Assembly (NCBI RefSeq): GCF_009914755.1
Contig: NC_060940.1
Direction: 5' to 3' (one strand)
From: the human T2T-CHM13v2.0 reference genome, Homo sapiens
Length of the DNA stretch: 64,000 nucleotides
Shown: in pieces, positions 26,031 through 38,248 of the stretch
Position numbering within the stretch: position 1 is the first letter of the stretch
Layout: each line of letters starts with the position of its first letter
Translations under genes and position numbers: made by a program
Notes under the pieces: generated by a model
The model's database searches: none
The model's input: only the letters and a program-made list of their open reading frames with translations
What the model was told of the DNA's origin: nothing

Positions 26031-28084
26031 GAGGAAAATAAAGTAGTCCCCCATTTCTGACCAAATACAGAAATAAATTCCAGATGGAGCAAGGACTTAA
26101 ATGTAAAATATAAACCTCTTAGAAGAAAAATCCAGGTGCAATAAGGTATGATTATATTACGAAGGGTATCCATCATAAGTCAGAAAATTCAGAAGCCATA
26201 AAAGAAAAGCTGGACCTATTTGAGTTTATAAAAATGTAAAACTTTTATACGACGAAGATGTTATACACAAAGTCGGAAGATAACAGATTTGAGAAGAATG
26301 TTTGCAGTACAGATGACTTATATCTCTAATCTACAAAAGGCTCTTACCAATTGGCAAGAAAAAGACAAACAACCCAACAGAAAAATGAACAAAGGGTATG
26401 GATTTTAGTTTAAGTGCGATTGGAGCCCTTGGAGGTTTCCAGCAAGAGAATAATATGATTTATGTTTTAAAAAGCCCACTCAGGCTGCTGTGTGGGGAAT
26501 GGATTGTGGGGGGGCAGGAGGTAATCAGGAAACCAGGGAGGCTGGCTGGAATGTTTTTGCAGACTACCCCACTTGCCCCAAGAGAAGGCTTAATAGATGT
26601 TCAATAAATGTAGGCTGATTTTTGATGAAAACATCTGTGCCATACCCCGCTATGGAATCTAGGCCAAGTGTCCTTGAGCTGACTCCTTGATCCTTTCCTT
26701 GAGGGTATGTGAGGTTCAGAACGTGGTAAGACTCTTTTCAACTTTCAATAGAAACAAATGTGTGTCTCTGGTTGATGAAACCCAAGAGCTGGGATGAGGG
26801 CTACCCCTGAGAAATCCTGCCATACTTATCCACACCTCAGTGCTGTTGCCCCTCTTGGCTCTGATTATGGAAAGGGGAGGCAAGAAGACCTGTTGCAGTC
26901 TGAAGGAACCGGTGAATTCTTAGTTAAATGAGGCAGGACACAGGAGACAGGGGATGAAACTGAGAAGGAAGGGGGATCCTAAACTAACACAGGAGATGAC
27001 AGAGCACATGCTTGGCCGCTCTCCACATCCCCACATGGGGAGGAGGGGGTTGCACTGAATAATCTCTTCTCTTAAGGCTTGGGGACCCAATGACTTAACT
27101 GCAAGTCATTTGTCTGCACGTGAAGCCAACAGTTTTCAAGTGATCAGTGGTCAAAACGAAGTAACGACTTGCTTCTCCTCAGCTAGGAAGTGGGTTTGGA
27201 AACTCTGGCCACCCATCCAGCAGCAGGAACAGCAGCTGGAGTGACAGGCAGCACAAAGAAATGTCCCTCCCTCCCTCTGCAAGGTTTAGGAAGCCCGAGG
27301 CAAAAAGCCGAGGCTGTAGAGCGGCACTGGGCCTGGAGCTGGTAACTCAGGCTCCGTGCAGAGCCTCCGCTTTTTCAAATGTAAAATAAAAAACATCCTG
27401 GACAGGAGGGATCTCTGGAGAAAAATGAAAGAACGCACACAGACGAGAGCTGCCGGGGAGAGGCAGCGGAGCTGACATTTTCTGCAAAGGGAAGAGAATA
27501 GCATCACCGCAGAGGGACCCCGCATCCAGCAACAGAGCTCTTGCGGCTCATCTTTGTGGAGGCCTCTCTGTTTCCCGAAATCCCTTGTGGAGCAAGCACA
27601 AGAAAGTGGATCCGAAGGAACTGGAGGGGTGGGGGGTGGGCAGTGTTAGCTCCCCTCCAACTCTGCCCCTCACAGCTGCATCCGGCCAAATTGAGGATGC
27701 TCTATTCTCCATGACTGAGCCTGTGTCTGGTTTCCCAGGGAGATGGGCACAATGGACCCTGCTTGCCAACGATGCTGGTCTTTAACAAAACAGCGGTGCC
27801 TCGTGCTCTGCACAAACACACATTTCTGCACACCCAGAAGAATGCATGCCTTCCAAAGAGTATCTGCCATGTGGTAGACACTCAGGAAATTCAGGATCCT
27901 GCAATCATTTTAAAGGCCTCCCAAATGGCGAGTGCTCCACGAACACACTTCAAAGAAAGAAATGAATGAATGAGCAGATTATTTTGGAATCACGTTCTAA
28001 TAATCCATCTGGATATGTAGACCCCCAAACAGAGGCAACAACCATGTGAATTCAATTCCTGCCATGATGTCAGATGCTCTTGGC

Positions 28085-28315
28085 CAGGAATTGGCAAACT
28101 GCAGCCCAAGGACCAAATCTGGCCTGCACCCTGTTTTTATAAATAAAGATTTATTGGAACACTGCCACACCCCTGTGTTTACATATAGTCTATGGGCTGT
28201 TTTTGAGCTGTTAACAGTAGGCCAGCTTGAGTAGTTACAACGAGATCATATGGGCTGCAAAGCCTGAAATATTTATTATTTGGCTCTTCACAGAAGAATT
28301 TGCAGACTCTTGCTC
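28085..28315. mobile_element. MER58A
   Basis: caggaattggcaaact...aaataaagatttattggaacac...aaagcctgaaatatttattatttggctc. Confidence 0.85.
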
Positions 28316-28789
28316 TAGGCAACGTCCTGGATTTAGCAGGTCTGAGGTGAGGTCAAGGATTTCATGTTTCTGAGCAGCTTTCACTTGAAGTTGATGCAGT
28401 TAGTCTTGGAGACACCCTTTGCGAAGCAAGGTTTTAGGCACTCTCTTTTTCCAAAACAAACAAAAGTATGATGAACCATTAAACATTAAGTACCAATCCT
28501 GTACACAGCATGAACTTGGCCCTGCAGTATCACATAACTTGAGTCAGCTGCAATCAAAGAAAGTCTTGGACATCCCTGTTTCTCACCTCATAGGCCTCAC
28601 TTACTGATAGGAGCCTAGCAGCATACACAGCATACACCAAGGAAGAGACTGGAACATTCCTGTTTAGTTCATCAACAGCCACAAATCTAGACAGACAGCT
28701 CAGTGGACATTCATTGCCTTTTGACTTCCAGCATCCATTCATTCCTCACCCGAAGGCAGCAATTTTGAAATATTTCTCTCTTCCCATTT

Positions 28790-29220
28790 CCATTAATGTG
28801 CTTTGGGCAGGGCTGACTCCAGGCTCAGCCCAATCAGCATCTTGCATCCCTCCTACGTTACCCTGATTGGTTCAGGGGTGAACACCTGACCCACTGGGTT
28901 CCCATGGGACTTTTGCGGGGACTTCTGTGAAAACAATGTTCTCTCTTTCCTAGAGCATCTGTAGTGAGACAACATAGAATCTGAGCTGCTGTACGCATTT
29001 CATGACGCTAAGAAGGCACACTAAGAAGGAAAAGAACAAGCATGGAGGGGACAGTTCCAAGCAACACAAAGGAGAAGAAACTTGGTGACTTTGTTTAGGC
29101 TCCTGATCAAATGCTACCCCTAGCCACAGGATGTTCCCATGGGTTTTTCAGTTATATGAGCCCACACATCCCTTTTTGCTTCTGCCATTTAGAGTTCCAA
29201 TTTTTGTGCTTTGCAATTGA
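28790..29220 (+). mobile_element. MaLR LTR, MLT1K/L-like
   Basis: ccaatcagcat...tgattggttcaggggtgaacacctgaccc...ttttcagttatatgagccc. Confidence 0.65.
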
Positions 29221-29533
29221 AAAAAAAATTCAGATAGGAAAAATTACTAAAACTTTCCGTCTGACTGTGGCTGAGCAATTAGGGCCATGAACACTCCTGC
29301 ATGTTTGGACACATTTTGGCACATCTGCAGGAGGAGCATGAATAAACGGCTGCCTGTCTTGGAGCTGAGGCACTTGCTGCCTTGACCATCACCAAGGCTG
29401 CTATCACTTATAGGCCCTGGCAGCTCCAATCTCTCCAACTGCAACCAGCTCATGTCAAAACAGTCCCGCAGTTTCAAGAAAAAGGATCCTGGGAAAGGGT
29501 TCAGGAATCCTGCTACGAGTCAACTGAGCAACG

Positions 29534-29977
29534 TGTTAGGTTTTGAAGGGAAGGTGAGGGTTAAAGAAAGACACACACAGAGAGGAAGTGGCAGCTATAC
29601 AGCAAATGCAGGCTTTATGTCCAGCATAAGACCTCCAGAGGTGGAGGACCAGCCTAATGCCAGTGCCCCCCACTGCTTACAGGCTGGGGTACTCACAGGT
29701 ATGGGCAGGAGGGGCCTGGGCAGGATGGCTTGCTGCCTGGGATGATATTGCTAAGACATTGCCATGATGAGGCAGTTTGGCCTTTGTTCCCACGGAAGGT
29801 GATGTTCCTTGCACTTTCTCCCAGCAGGGTATGATAAGGATGTTCCTGTGCCTTGTGGTCAGGTGGCTGGGCAGGATGTGTCTCATGCCCCGAACCCCAG
29901 TGGAATGTTTCACTTGACCAAGATGTGTGAAATGGTGGGGGGTGGGGGGTTACAAAATGATGCGGTTTGGTCTAACA
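29534..29977 (-). mobile_element. Intact solo ERV LTR (ERVL-type, possibly LTR18 family)
   Basis: TGTTAG...CTAACA termini; 5 bp TSD caacg/caaag; CATAAA poly(A)-like signal on the minus strand. Confidence 0.8.
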
Positions 29978-30259
29978 CAAAGAAGCACTAAAGAAACTAC
30001 CGAAGGGTAGGTCATCTCAGGCGAAACTATACCAGGTAATGTTTTCTTTAGCACCATTCCATGTTCTCTTAGCATCTTCTTGACCCTAAAGTAACCAATG
30101 CTCACTCTCGCTCTCTTTCTCTCTCTGTTTCTCTCCCACCGTCTCTGTCTCTCTCTCTCTCTTTCTCTCTCTGTTTAACTCTCTTACCAAAACAACTTTC
30201 AACTAGTAAGCAGATAGGAAAGGACCTTATTAAAAAACCCACAGGACTCAGGTTCACCA

Positions 30260-30440
30260 GTTTTTTAACCAGATAGATCTGGATTTGAATTCCAGGTTCA
30301 CCCCTTACTAGATGTGCATATATGAATAAGCAACTTAAATGCTCTGAATCCCCGTTTGCTTATTTTTTTAAATATATGCTTTGCTGAGTTATCATAGGGA
30401 GATGAGATAAGGCATATAGTGGTTACGTGTAAGACTATTA
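30260..30440 (+). mobile_element. MIR
   Basis: agatctggatttgaattccagg...aagcaacttaaatgctctgaatcccc. Confidence 0.7.
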
Positions 30441-33129
30441 TCAAACCATAAAAATAATATTACGGACATAACATTAATATTGTTTTAGCCTCCTGGAGGT
30501 GTTTGCATTTTCATAGGGAGCAATTCCTTTCTTAACCCAACATTAGGAACTGTAAAGTCAGAATTTCAGCCTCAGCGACAGACCTATTGCTAGGTTTATA
30601 TCTGACAGGTGGCTACTTAAAGAAGGGGTTCAAGAGCCCTACACAGTCCTTAGGCAATGACCCTGAGAATCAGAAACTCAGGCCATATATGTGGAAGCAA
30701 AAAAAAAAAAAAAGATTCTAGAGATTGGAGGAGTTGCTGAGTGACAATCAGGCTGTCATCACTGAATTCTGATGGGCTACCTGGAACTGGCTTAGGGTGG
30801 GATTACATACGCCTCCTGCCACATCGGATTTCCTTCTATTTTGTCAGGGGTGGCATCATCCAGTGAGTAAATCTGTTAGTGATCTCCCTCGCATAACCTA
30901 GGAATTCTCTCAGGATCCATTTTTCCAGTAGTTTTGAGAAAGCGACCAACAACAGCAAAGAGAGTAGTTCTTCCATTCCAAGAGCAGCCATCTTGCTTAA
31001 CTGACAAACTAGAGAGAACTGCAAGGACTCAGTACATCCCTGGCACAGTCCGTTCTCTCTCACAGCATATTGTATGAGACTGTGTGAGTGCTGCTTCCAC
31101 GGTACACTAAAAACCCATGGTCCCTGCATTATTTGAGCAACTGACAAGCTTCTGAAGTTCAGGTTCGCGAACGCTGAGAGCAGCACCCAGTGGATTTGTG
31201 GCAGGTGAGCAGATCCTTCTCATCTCCCATTGTGGAAATTTCACATTTCATTCTGCTTTGTGAATCCCACAACTTCATGACAAGATAGATTAACATTTTG
31301 CAAAAAAAATAACAAATAATGTTCTGCTTGAGGGAAAATCAGACATTAGGCTTCTTATAAGAAACAAGGGGTCATGTTGAAGACTTCAGGATAACATATC
31401 TTGGAGAAGAAAAAGCCATTCAGTGGTTCACTCCCCAAGTCTGTGGCAGGGTTTTTTTGTTTTTTTGTTTTTTGTTTTAAAGGTTATTTTCATAACTTTG
31501 AGACTACAATTAATTTCTGTAAAACCCACGGAAAAATAGCCTCTTTTCAATAATCTTCCCCCCATCTTTTTCCCCAAGAGTCTTTAAATCTGACAAAATT
31601 TTTCTTTTCAATTAAAACAAAAAATTGAACAGATGTGCCTCAAGAGGGCTGGCAGTACTTTTAAGAACTGGTAATAATTTATTTAGAACCATGTATAGTA
31701 ATATAATATATCTTTATACACAAGTCGCACATAAACACCCACTGCTTTTGGTGTGGTACTTACTGTTCCTTGTTGGAACACCCAGGAAACTTCCATATGT
31801 CAGAGATCATGTATGACAGTCCTATCTTCTGTGTAAAAGGTCATCTCCCAGCAGAAGAATAGCTCGCCTAGTTAAAGGGATACCAATTTTTAAACGCTCT
31901 GCCAAGCTGAAGATGGAGAGAATGAGTGAGAGAGGGAGATGTCAGATTTCAAATGCAGGGCACGCTCATTGTGCCCTCGGATGCTGAGCTGGGAGGAGGG
32001 GGAGAGAAACCTCTATTTAGAGATGATTGGAAAAAATCAGTGCCACACAGTGCACTTGAGAAGCAATGCGGCAGGCTATTCTTGCCCTCTCCTTGGATGT
32101 GACAAAATGGCCACCATGGAAACAGGAAGCAGCAGCAAATGGCTGCCACAGGTCTTCTTGGATGCTTGAGGAAGTGTCTATGTGTATCCAGGCCTGTGTG
32201 GAGTATTCCTAGGGTAGCAGGTTTTTAAAGTCAGGGTGAAGAAAAGGGAGGCATTTAGAAGGAATGGACAATTGACAAAGAAAGTGGTCAGACAGCACCA
32301 AAGGGTAATGATCTGGGAAAATCCAAGGTTCCAAGAAAGTACGTTGACCCCAAGAAACTTAGAATTTACAGTATTTTAGCCACCTTGAAACTATATAACC
32401 ATGCCAGCTCAAGTAACCAAAAATATCCTAGTCCCTGCACTAGCCGCTTTTGAAATATCCTGTTTAAAATGACCCCCTCACCACCACGGGTAAGTTGGCA
32501 GGGGATTGGAGGCTCCATGGAGGGCTATCCCTAAGCCAACCTGCCAGGCAGGCAGGCAAGCTTCTGCCCTCCCCAACCTCCCCCTGCTAGCTCCTTTCCT
32601 CCTGAGAGTCGAAGACTTCCTGATGTTCCTGGTTGCATCAGACACCAATCTGGCCCAACTTGCCTATTAGAAGGCCTCTGTGACAACCAGCCAATCCGAT
32701 GCACCAATCTGAGTAACTGTTTTCCCTCCTTCAGGACATGGTTACATTTAGTTCGATCTTTTCCTTCCCAAGGCAGATGCCCAAAGCAAAAAGAGTGAAG
32801 CAGTCAGAATTTCAGACACTGTGAACAACTCCCCTTGGGGTACCTCTGGGGCTGGCGTCTTTACATCACGACGACAGAAAGCTGGCCCGCACAGACTATG
32901 GCCACGGCGTCTTAGAGGTTTTGTTTCTCTGCAGGCGTCCAGTGCTCTGTTTCTTTCCCTCCTCACCACTCTCCAAACCACACTCACACAAATACACGTC
33001 CCTATGTGCAAAGACGCGCATATGTATATTGTATATCAGTGTGACACTCACACATACGTGCGGTGTTAGCATAGCCTTTCCCCCTCGAGTCCCTGTTGTG
33101 CTTCCCAGCACCCAGCATCCTCCAAAGCA

Positions 33130-33335
33130 GGCAGTGGCACACTATCACTCATAAACTAAATCCAGCCACTGCCTGCTTTGTAAATAAAGTTTTGCTGGAA
33201 CACAGACCTGCTGATTCGTTTGTGTATCGTCTGGCTGCTTTTGCACTAGAACGGGGTGGAGTAGCCACAAAAAAAGACCATGTGGTCTGAAATATTTGCT
33301 CACTGGCACATTAAGAAAATGTTTGCTGCCCTCTA
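33130..33335. mobile_element. MER58A
   Basis: ttgtaaataaagttttgctggaacacag...ctgaaatatttgctcactggc. Confidence 0.8.
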
Positions 33336-33429
33336 GTCTAAAGCAGCATCTTATATCTAGAAAATCTATTCCTTAAAAATTGTCAAAAGGTCTTTCTCTT
33401 ATCTTAAAAGTGATTCATAAACCTGTACC

Positions 33430-34270
33430 TCTTAGAGTCATGGAGCCATGTAATTAGAAGGCGTATTTTAGATTGTTAGTCCTACTTATGGCCTAGTACG
33501 TGATTCTCTTCTAGGATACCTGTGGACGTCTCATCTCTCTTGATGGTTCCAGTAAAAGGCAACACACAGCTGCTCACAGGGAAGCTGTGATGTTTCCCAA
33601 CAGCTCTATTGGAAAGTTCTTTTTTATCCGCAGTGAAAATCTGATTTCCTATCATTTCCACCCACTGGTTCCCATTCTGCCCTTTGGGGCCAGTCAGGAA
33701 AAGGGGGACGATCCTTTTTGAAAAATCGGCCAGGCATGGCAGCTAGTGCCTGTAATCCCAACGCTTTGGGAGGCAGAGGCGGGTGGATCACTTGAGGTCA
33801 GGAGTTCGAGACCAGCCTGGCCAACACAGTGAAACCTCATCTCTACTGAAAATACAAAAATTAGCCAGGTGTGGTGGCGCACGCCTATAGTCCTGGCTAC
33901 TCAGGAGGCTAAGGCAGGAGAATCACTTGAACTTGGGAGGCGGATGTTGCAGTAAGCCGAGATTGCACCACTGCACTCCAGCCTGGGTGACAGAGCGAGA
34001 CTCTGTCTCAAAAAAATAAATAAAAAATAAAAAAATAAAGCATCAAGTATCTGGAGGTAACTGGCATGCCTCACCTTTATATTTTGCTTCTCCAGGTTAA
34101 AAAATAACCCGTCCCTCTACCTGTTCCTCAGGTGGTGTGGTCTCAAGGCCCCACCACCTCTGTAGCATCTCTTGGTGGTTAATATCCCTCTTAAACTTAG
34201 AAAGCCATGAGTACTGTGAAGATATCAGGTGCTTTCTCAAGATGAGCATTCATTCCTGGTCACCATGGTG
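33430..34270 (-). mobile_element. L3/CR1 fragment, interrupted by Alu
   Basis: acagctctattggaaagttctt...ttccacccactggttcccattctgccctttggggcc...cttctccaggttaaa. Confidence 0.7.
33728..34039 (+). mobile_element. Alu (AluS-like)
   Basis: Full dimer with (AAAAAAT)n tail. Confidence 0.97.
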
Positions 34271-35143
34271 CTGAGAGTTCACCAGTGAAGTGTTAGAAGC
34301 TTCTGGAGGGCAGGAGCAGAGGCTTGCTGCTGTCTTTCTGGAGCAGCAGGCACAGGCACAGGGTAGCCCCATCATCTCATCGGGTCCCAAGATGCCCTCT
34401 GAAGCTGGATATGCCAAGCTTTGCACCGGTGGCTGGAGGCCTAGCGGGGATTCCACCGGAAATCTGGTTCTAGAGAATGGTATATTTTGAATTAACCACT
34501 CAACAAATCATAAAGCAGGATTGTCAGACTCATTACGGGAAAAGCTGCACTGAAAATAATGCCTTAAGTATGTGTTGTTGCTGCTGGGGATACAATCGGT
34601 ATTAGTGGCTTAAGGGGCTCAGGAAATTTCCATGAGACCGTAACAAAGGAACAGCCAGCATTTGGTGGGAACAATGGAGGATGGACCCTTTTCTTTCATC
34701 GATGAAAGGAGATCTTTCTTATTATTTAAAAATTTGCTTCTCCAAACACCCACTTCTCCCCCTGGTGTACCATGTCAGAGTTACTGAGGAGGTTTTAAAA
34801 AAAATCATTAAACAACCCCCCCAAAAGAGGGCTCAATGAGGTCTCATTCCGTGGTAATGAGCTCCAATTTAACGCCATCATTATTTCTGACATTAAAGGC
34901 CCGAGAATAGTGTCACATGCCCAGAAGCTATTTTTTTTTTTTTAAACCAGCTAATCCCAGAAATAAGAAACTGCCATGAGGGACAGTGAGTCAGGGCCTG
35001 TAAAAGTGCTTTAGGAGAGGACTGTGGCAATAGACTGACCTGAGCGTGGGAGGCACAGCCTGCACAAGGCCCTTAGCCACCTTGGGCGGACAGGCCCAGC
35101 TTGTGCAGTGACTGTCCAGTGAGTCATTAAGACCCTAGGTTTT

Positions 35144-35437
<294 letters not shown>

Positions 35438-35599
35438 CTAAGTTTGAGGCTTAGCTGTGCTGCTTGTGCCAAAACCTTATGACTTTAGGGAATTTTACTT
35501 AAGTTCCTCATGCCTTGGTTTGGCTCATCTGTAAAATGGAACCCATAATAGTACCTACTACCAGGTGGAGGCAAAATTAAATAGGATGCAGAACACAGA

Positions 35600-36620
35600 C
35601 TCTAACATATCAAAGAGAAGAAAGGAACCTACAGGATGATGGACAGGGAGGGACATCTGGAAGCAACAGCTGGGCTCCAGGCTTAGAGATCAACCAGTGC
35701 CAAGGGGGGCAGATCAGAAGGCTCTAGAAGAACTTTCATAAGAAGACAAAATTAGTAGAATGCCCAATATATCTGGATACATTGAGAGATGATGCACACA
35801 ACCGGGGAAGACTTCAGGTATATGTCAATGACAGAAGACTAAGAAAAGCAAAAACAGAACCACTGAAAACAGAGTCATTTGGGAAAAGAAGAGTAAACAG
35901 AATATACTACATGGCTCAGCTAGGCTAAATATTGATCTGATAAAAATGACAATATCACGATATTGGCAAGATGGGAATTTTATGAGGGTTTTTTGAAGGG
36001 GAATTTAAAAGAGAGCTGGGCCCTCATTTTTCACAGTGGGAAGTCAGTAGATAATGCCTAGAAATAAAAATCAAGAAACAGCAGCAAGGCCAGGCGCAGT
36101 GGCTCATGGCTGTAATCCCAGCACTTTGGGAGGCTGAGGTGGGTGCTTCACTTGAGGTCAGGAGTTCAATACCAGCCTGGCCAACATGGTAAAACCCCAT
36201 CTCTACCCAAAAACACAAAAATCAGCTGGGTGTGGTGGGGTGTGCCTATAGCCCCAGCTACTCAGGAGGCTGAGGCACGGGACCCTTGAACCCTGGAGGT
36301 GGAGGCTGCAGTAAGCTGAGATCACACCACTGTACTCCAGCCTGGGTGACAGAATGAGACCCTGTCTCAAAAAAAAAAAAAAAAAAAAAGAGTGAAAAAG
36401 AGGAATAGCAACAAAAGCATTTTATTGAGAGATATGGAGGTAAAGTTCTAAGGAATCAGTTTAAAGCACTAAAAGAGTTTATCCATAAGGGAGTAGGAGC
36501 TAGATAGGGGATTTTGGGGGAGAAATTATATATATTTTTGCAACAAGCTGGAAGGACTATATAAATCTAAAAACTGTGTATGTAAGTAACTTTGATAACA
36601 GTAAAACTAAATAAAATTCC
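35600..36620 (+). mobile_element. Old L1 3'UTR (L1MC-like), interrupted by Alu
   Basis: gaatatactacatggctcagct...gaaataaaaatcaagaaac...tatgtaagtaactttgataa. Confidence 0.55.
36088..36389 (+). mobile_element. Alu
   Basis: Full dimer, long poly(A). Confidence 0.97.
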
Positions 36621-36810
36621 TATTGAAATGGACCCCATCAATTGATTTCACCACGAGTTCCTCTGGATTTATTAGGATTAAGACCAGATTTAGCAGTTTC
36701 TCTGTTGGCTGTCTCAACCTTCTAACAGATGAAACGTCGAATAAGGCAGGTCAAGAGCATTTCCAGAAGTGTATCTTTGTTTTTTGTTTTTTGTTTTTTG
36801 AGACAGTCTC
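36557..36810 (+). repeat. Donor copy of a ~254 bp local duplication
   Basis: Aligns to 37956-38209 with about 14 differences by hand count. Confidence 0.95.
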
Positions 36811-37079
36811 ACTCTGTTGCCCAGGCTGGAGTGCAGTGGCCTGATCTCTGCTCAATGCAAACTCCACTTCTCAGGTTCAAGTCATTCTCCCGCCTCAGCC
36901 TCCTGAGTAGCTGGGATTACAGGCACCTGCCATGACCCCCAGCTAATTTTTGTATTTTTAGTAGAGATGGGGTTTCACCACATTGGCCAGGCTGGTCTTG
37001 AACGCCTGACCTCAGGTGACCTGCCCACCTTGGCTTCCCAAAGTGCTGGGGTTACAGGTATGAGCCACCATGCCTGGCC
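36776..37079 (-). mobile_element. Alu (AluS-like), no evident TSD
   Basis: Full dimer reverse complement. Confidence 0.95.
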
Positions 37080-37120
37080 AGGAAAGAAGTTTCATTGGCT
37101 CACAGCTCAGCATGGCTGGC

Positions 37121-37194
37121 TGGGCTCAAGCAATCCTTCCATCTCAGCCTCCCCAAATGTTGGGATTACAGATGGGAGCCATTGTACCCGGCCC
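37121..37194 (-). mobile_element. Alu 5' head only (AluJ-like), abutting a MaLR-like fragment
   Basis: tgggctcaagcaatcc...ttgtacccggcc, preceded by cattggctcacagctcagcatggctgg. Confidence 0.8.
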
Positions 37195-37810
37195 TTCCTT
37201 CCAATTTAAGCTGAATATTTCTTTGGTCAAATCAGTATGTTGCTTGTCAGTACATTCTTGTCAGTCTCAATGGGCTGATGACTGGGCCCATGACATCCCC
37301 CATGATCACTGACAGTATTTTACCGTTCCTGATACTGCAGTTCCTGGTCCTCCCCTTTCCTCCATACAAATGTTACATTCAGTACTCCCAATCTAGACAG
37401 TCGTTCATATGCTAGTTCCTTTGAGATCAAAATTATGAACTCAGATTTGAAGCAGAGATGAGCACATAACAAAGGTATTTGCGCTGTTCACAACTTCAAA
37501 GTCGCTGGCGAGAAAATCAAGTTGCTACTGGACGTATGCATTCCTTCTCACGTGAATCTTCCTTCTGATGCTGTGTGCTGTTTCCTAGCTCTGATCACAT
37601 TGAATAAACTATGAAAGTTGGGACCTAATCTCCAAAACGAGAGGACAATGGTTCCTGCAGGAAAACACATTCTCTTGGGAGTCACCATAGTATCCAGTGG
37701 GTAAAAGCACTGTTTCAAAAGGAAAAATGCTAGAAAACACTGAAGTGTTCAATTAAGAACATTAATTCTTTAGTGGTTTTCTACCTGTATGCCAACACTA
37801 CAGATATCCT

Positions 37811-37955
37811 ATTATATATATATATATCTCATGTATATCATATATGTGATATATATGAATATATGATATATATAAGATATATATAAAATATGTATTATAT
37901 ATTATAAAGTATATATATCATATATATCATATATGTGATATATGTATACATATAT
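37811..37955. repeat. Degenerate (TA)n microsatellite, resuming at about 38215-38250
   Basis: tatatatatatatatctcatgtatatcatatatgtgatatatatg... Confidence 0.95.
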
Positions 37956-38209
37956 CTGTATGAATCTAAAAACTGTGTATATAAGTAACTTTGATAACAG
38001 TAAAACTAAATAAAATTCCTATCGAAATGGATCCCATCAATTGATTTCCCCACCAGTTCCTCTGATTTATTAGGATTAAGACCAGATTTAGCAGTTTCTC
38101 TGTTGGCTGTCTCAACCTTCTAACAGATAAAACGTCGAATAAGGCAGGTTAAGAGCGTTTCCAGAAGCGTATCTTTGTTTTCTGTTTTTTTTTTTTTTGA
38201 GACAGTCTC
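37956..38209 (+). repeat. Acceptor copy of the ~254 bp duplication, inside the (TA)n tract
   Basis: Direct repeat of 36557-36810 at offset ~1399. Confidence 0.95.
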
Positions 38210-38248
38210 TGTCTCATATCTGATACATATTTGATATATATATACATA

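Larger units (their letters stand above)
23990..26400 (+). mobile_element. Fragmented old L1 ORF2 (L1M), host to nested insertions
   Basis: EN-like aacctctatgcacca (NLYAP), RT-adjacent tacctagaaagccca (YLESP), 3' piece aagaaaaagacaaacaacccaacagaaaaatg. Confidence 0.75.
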
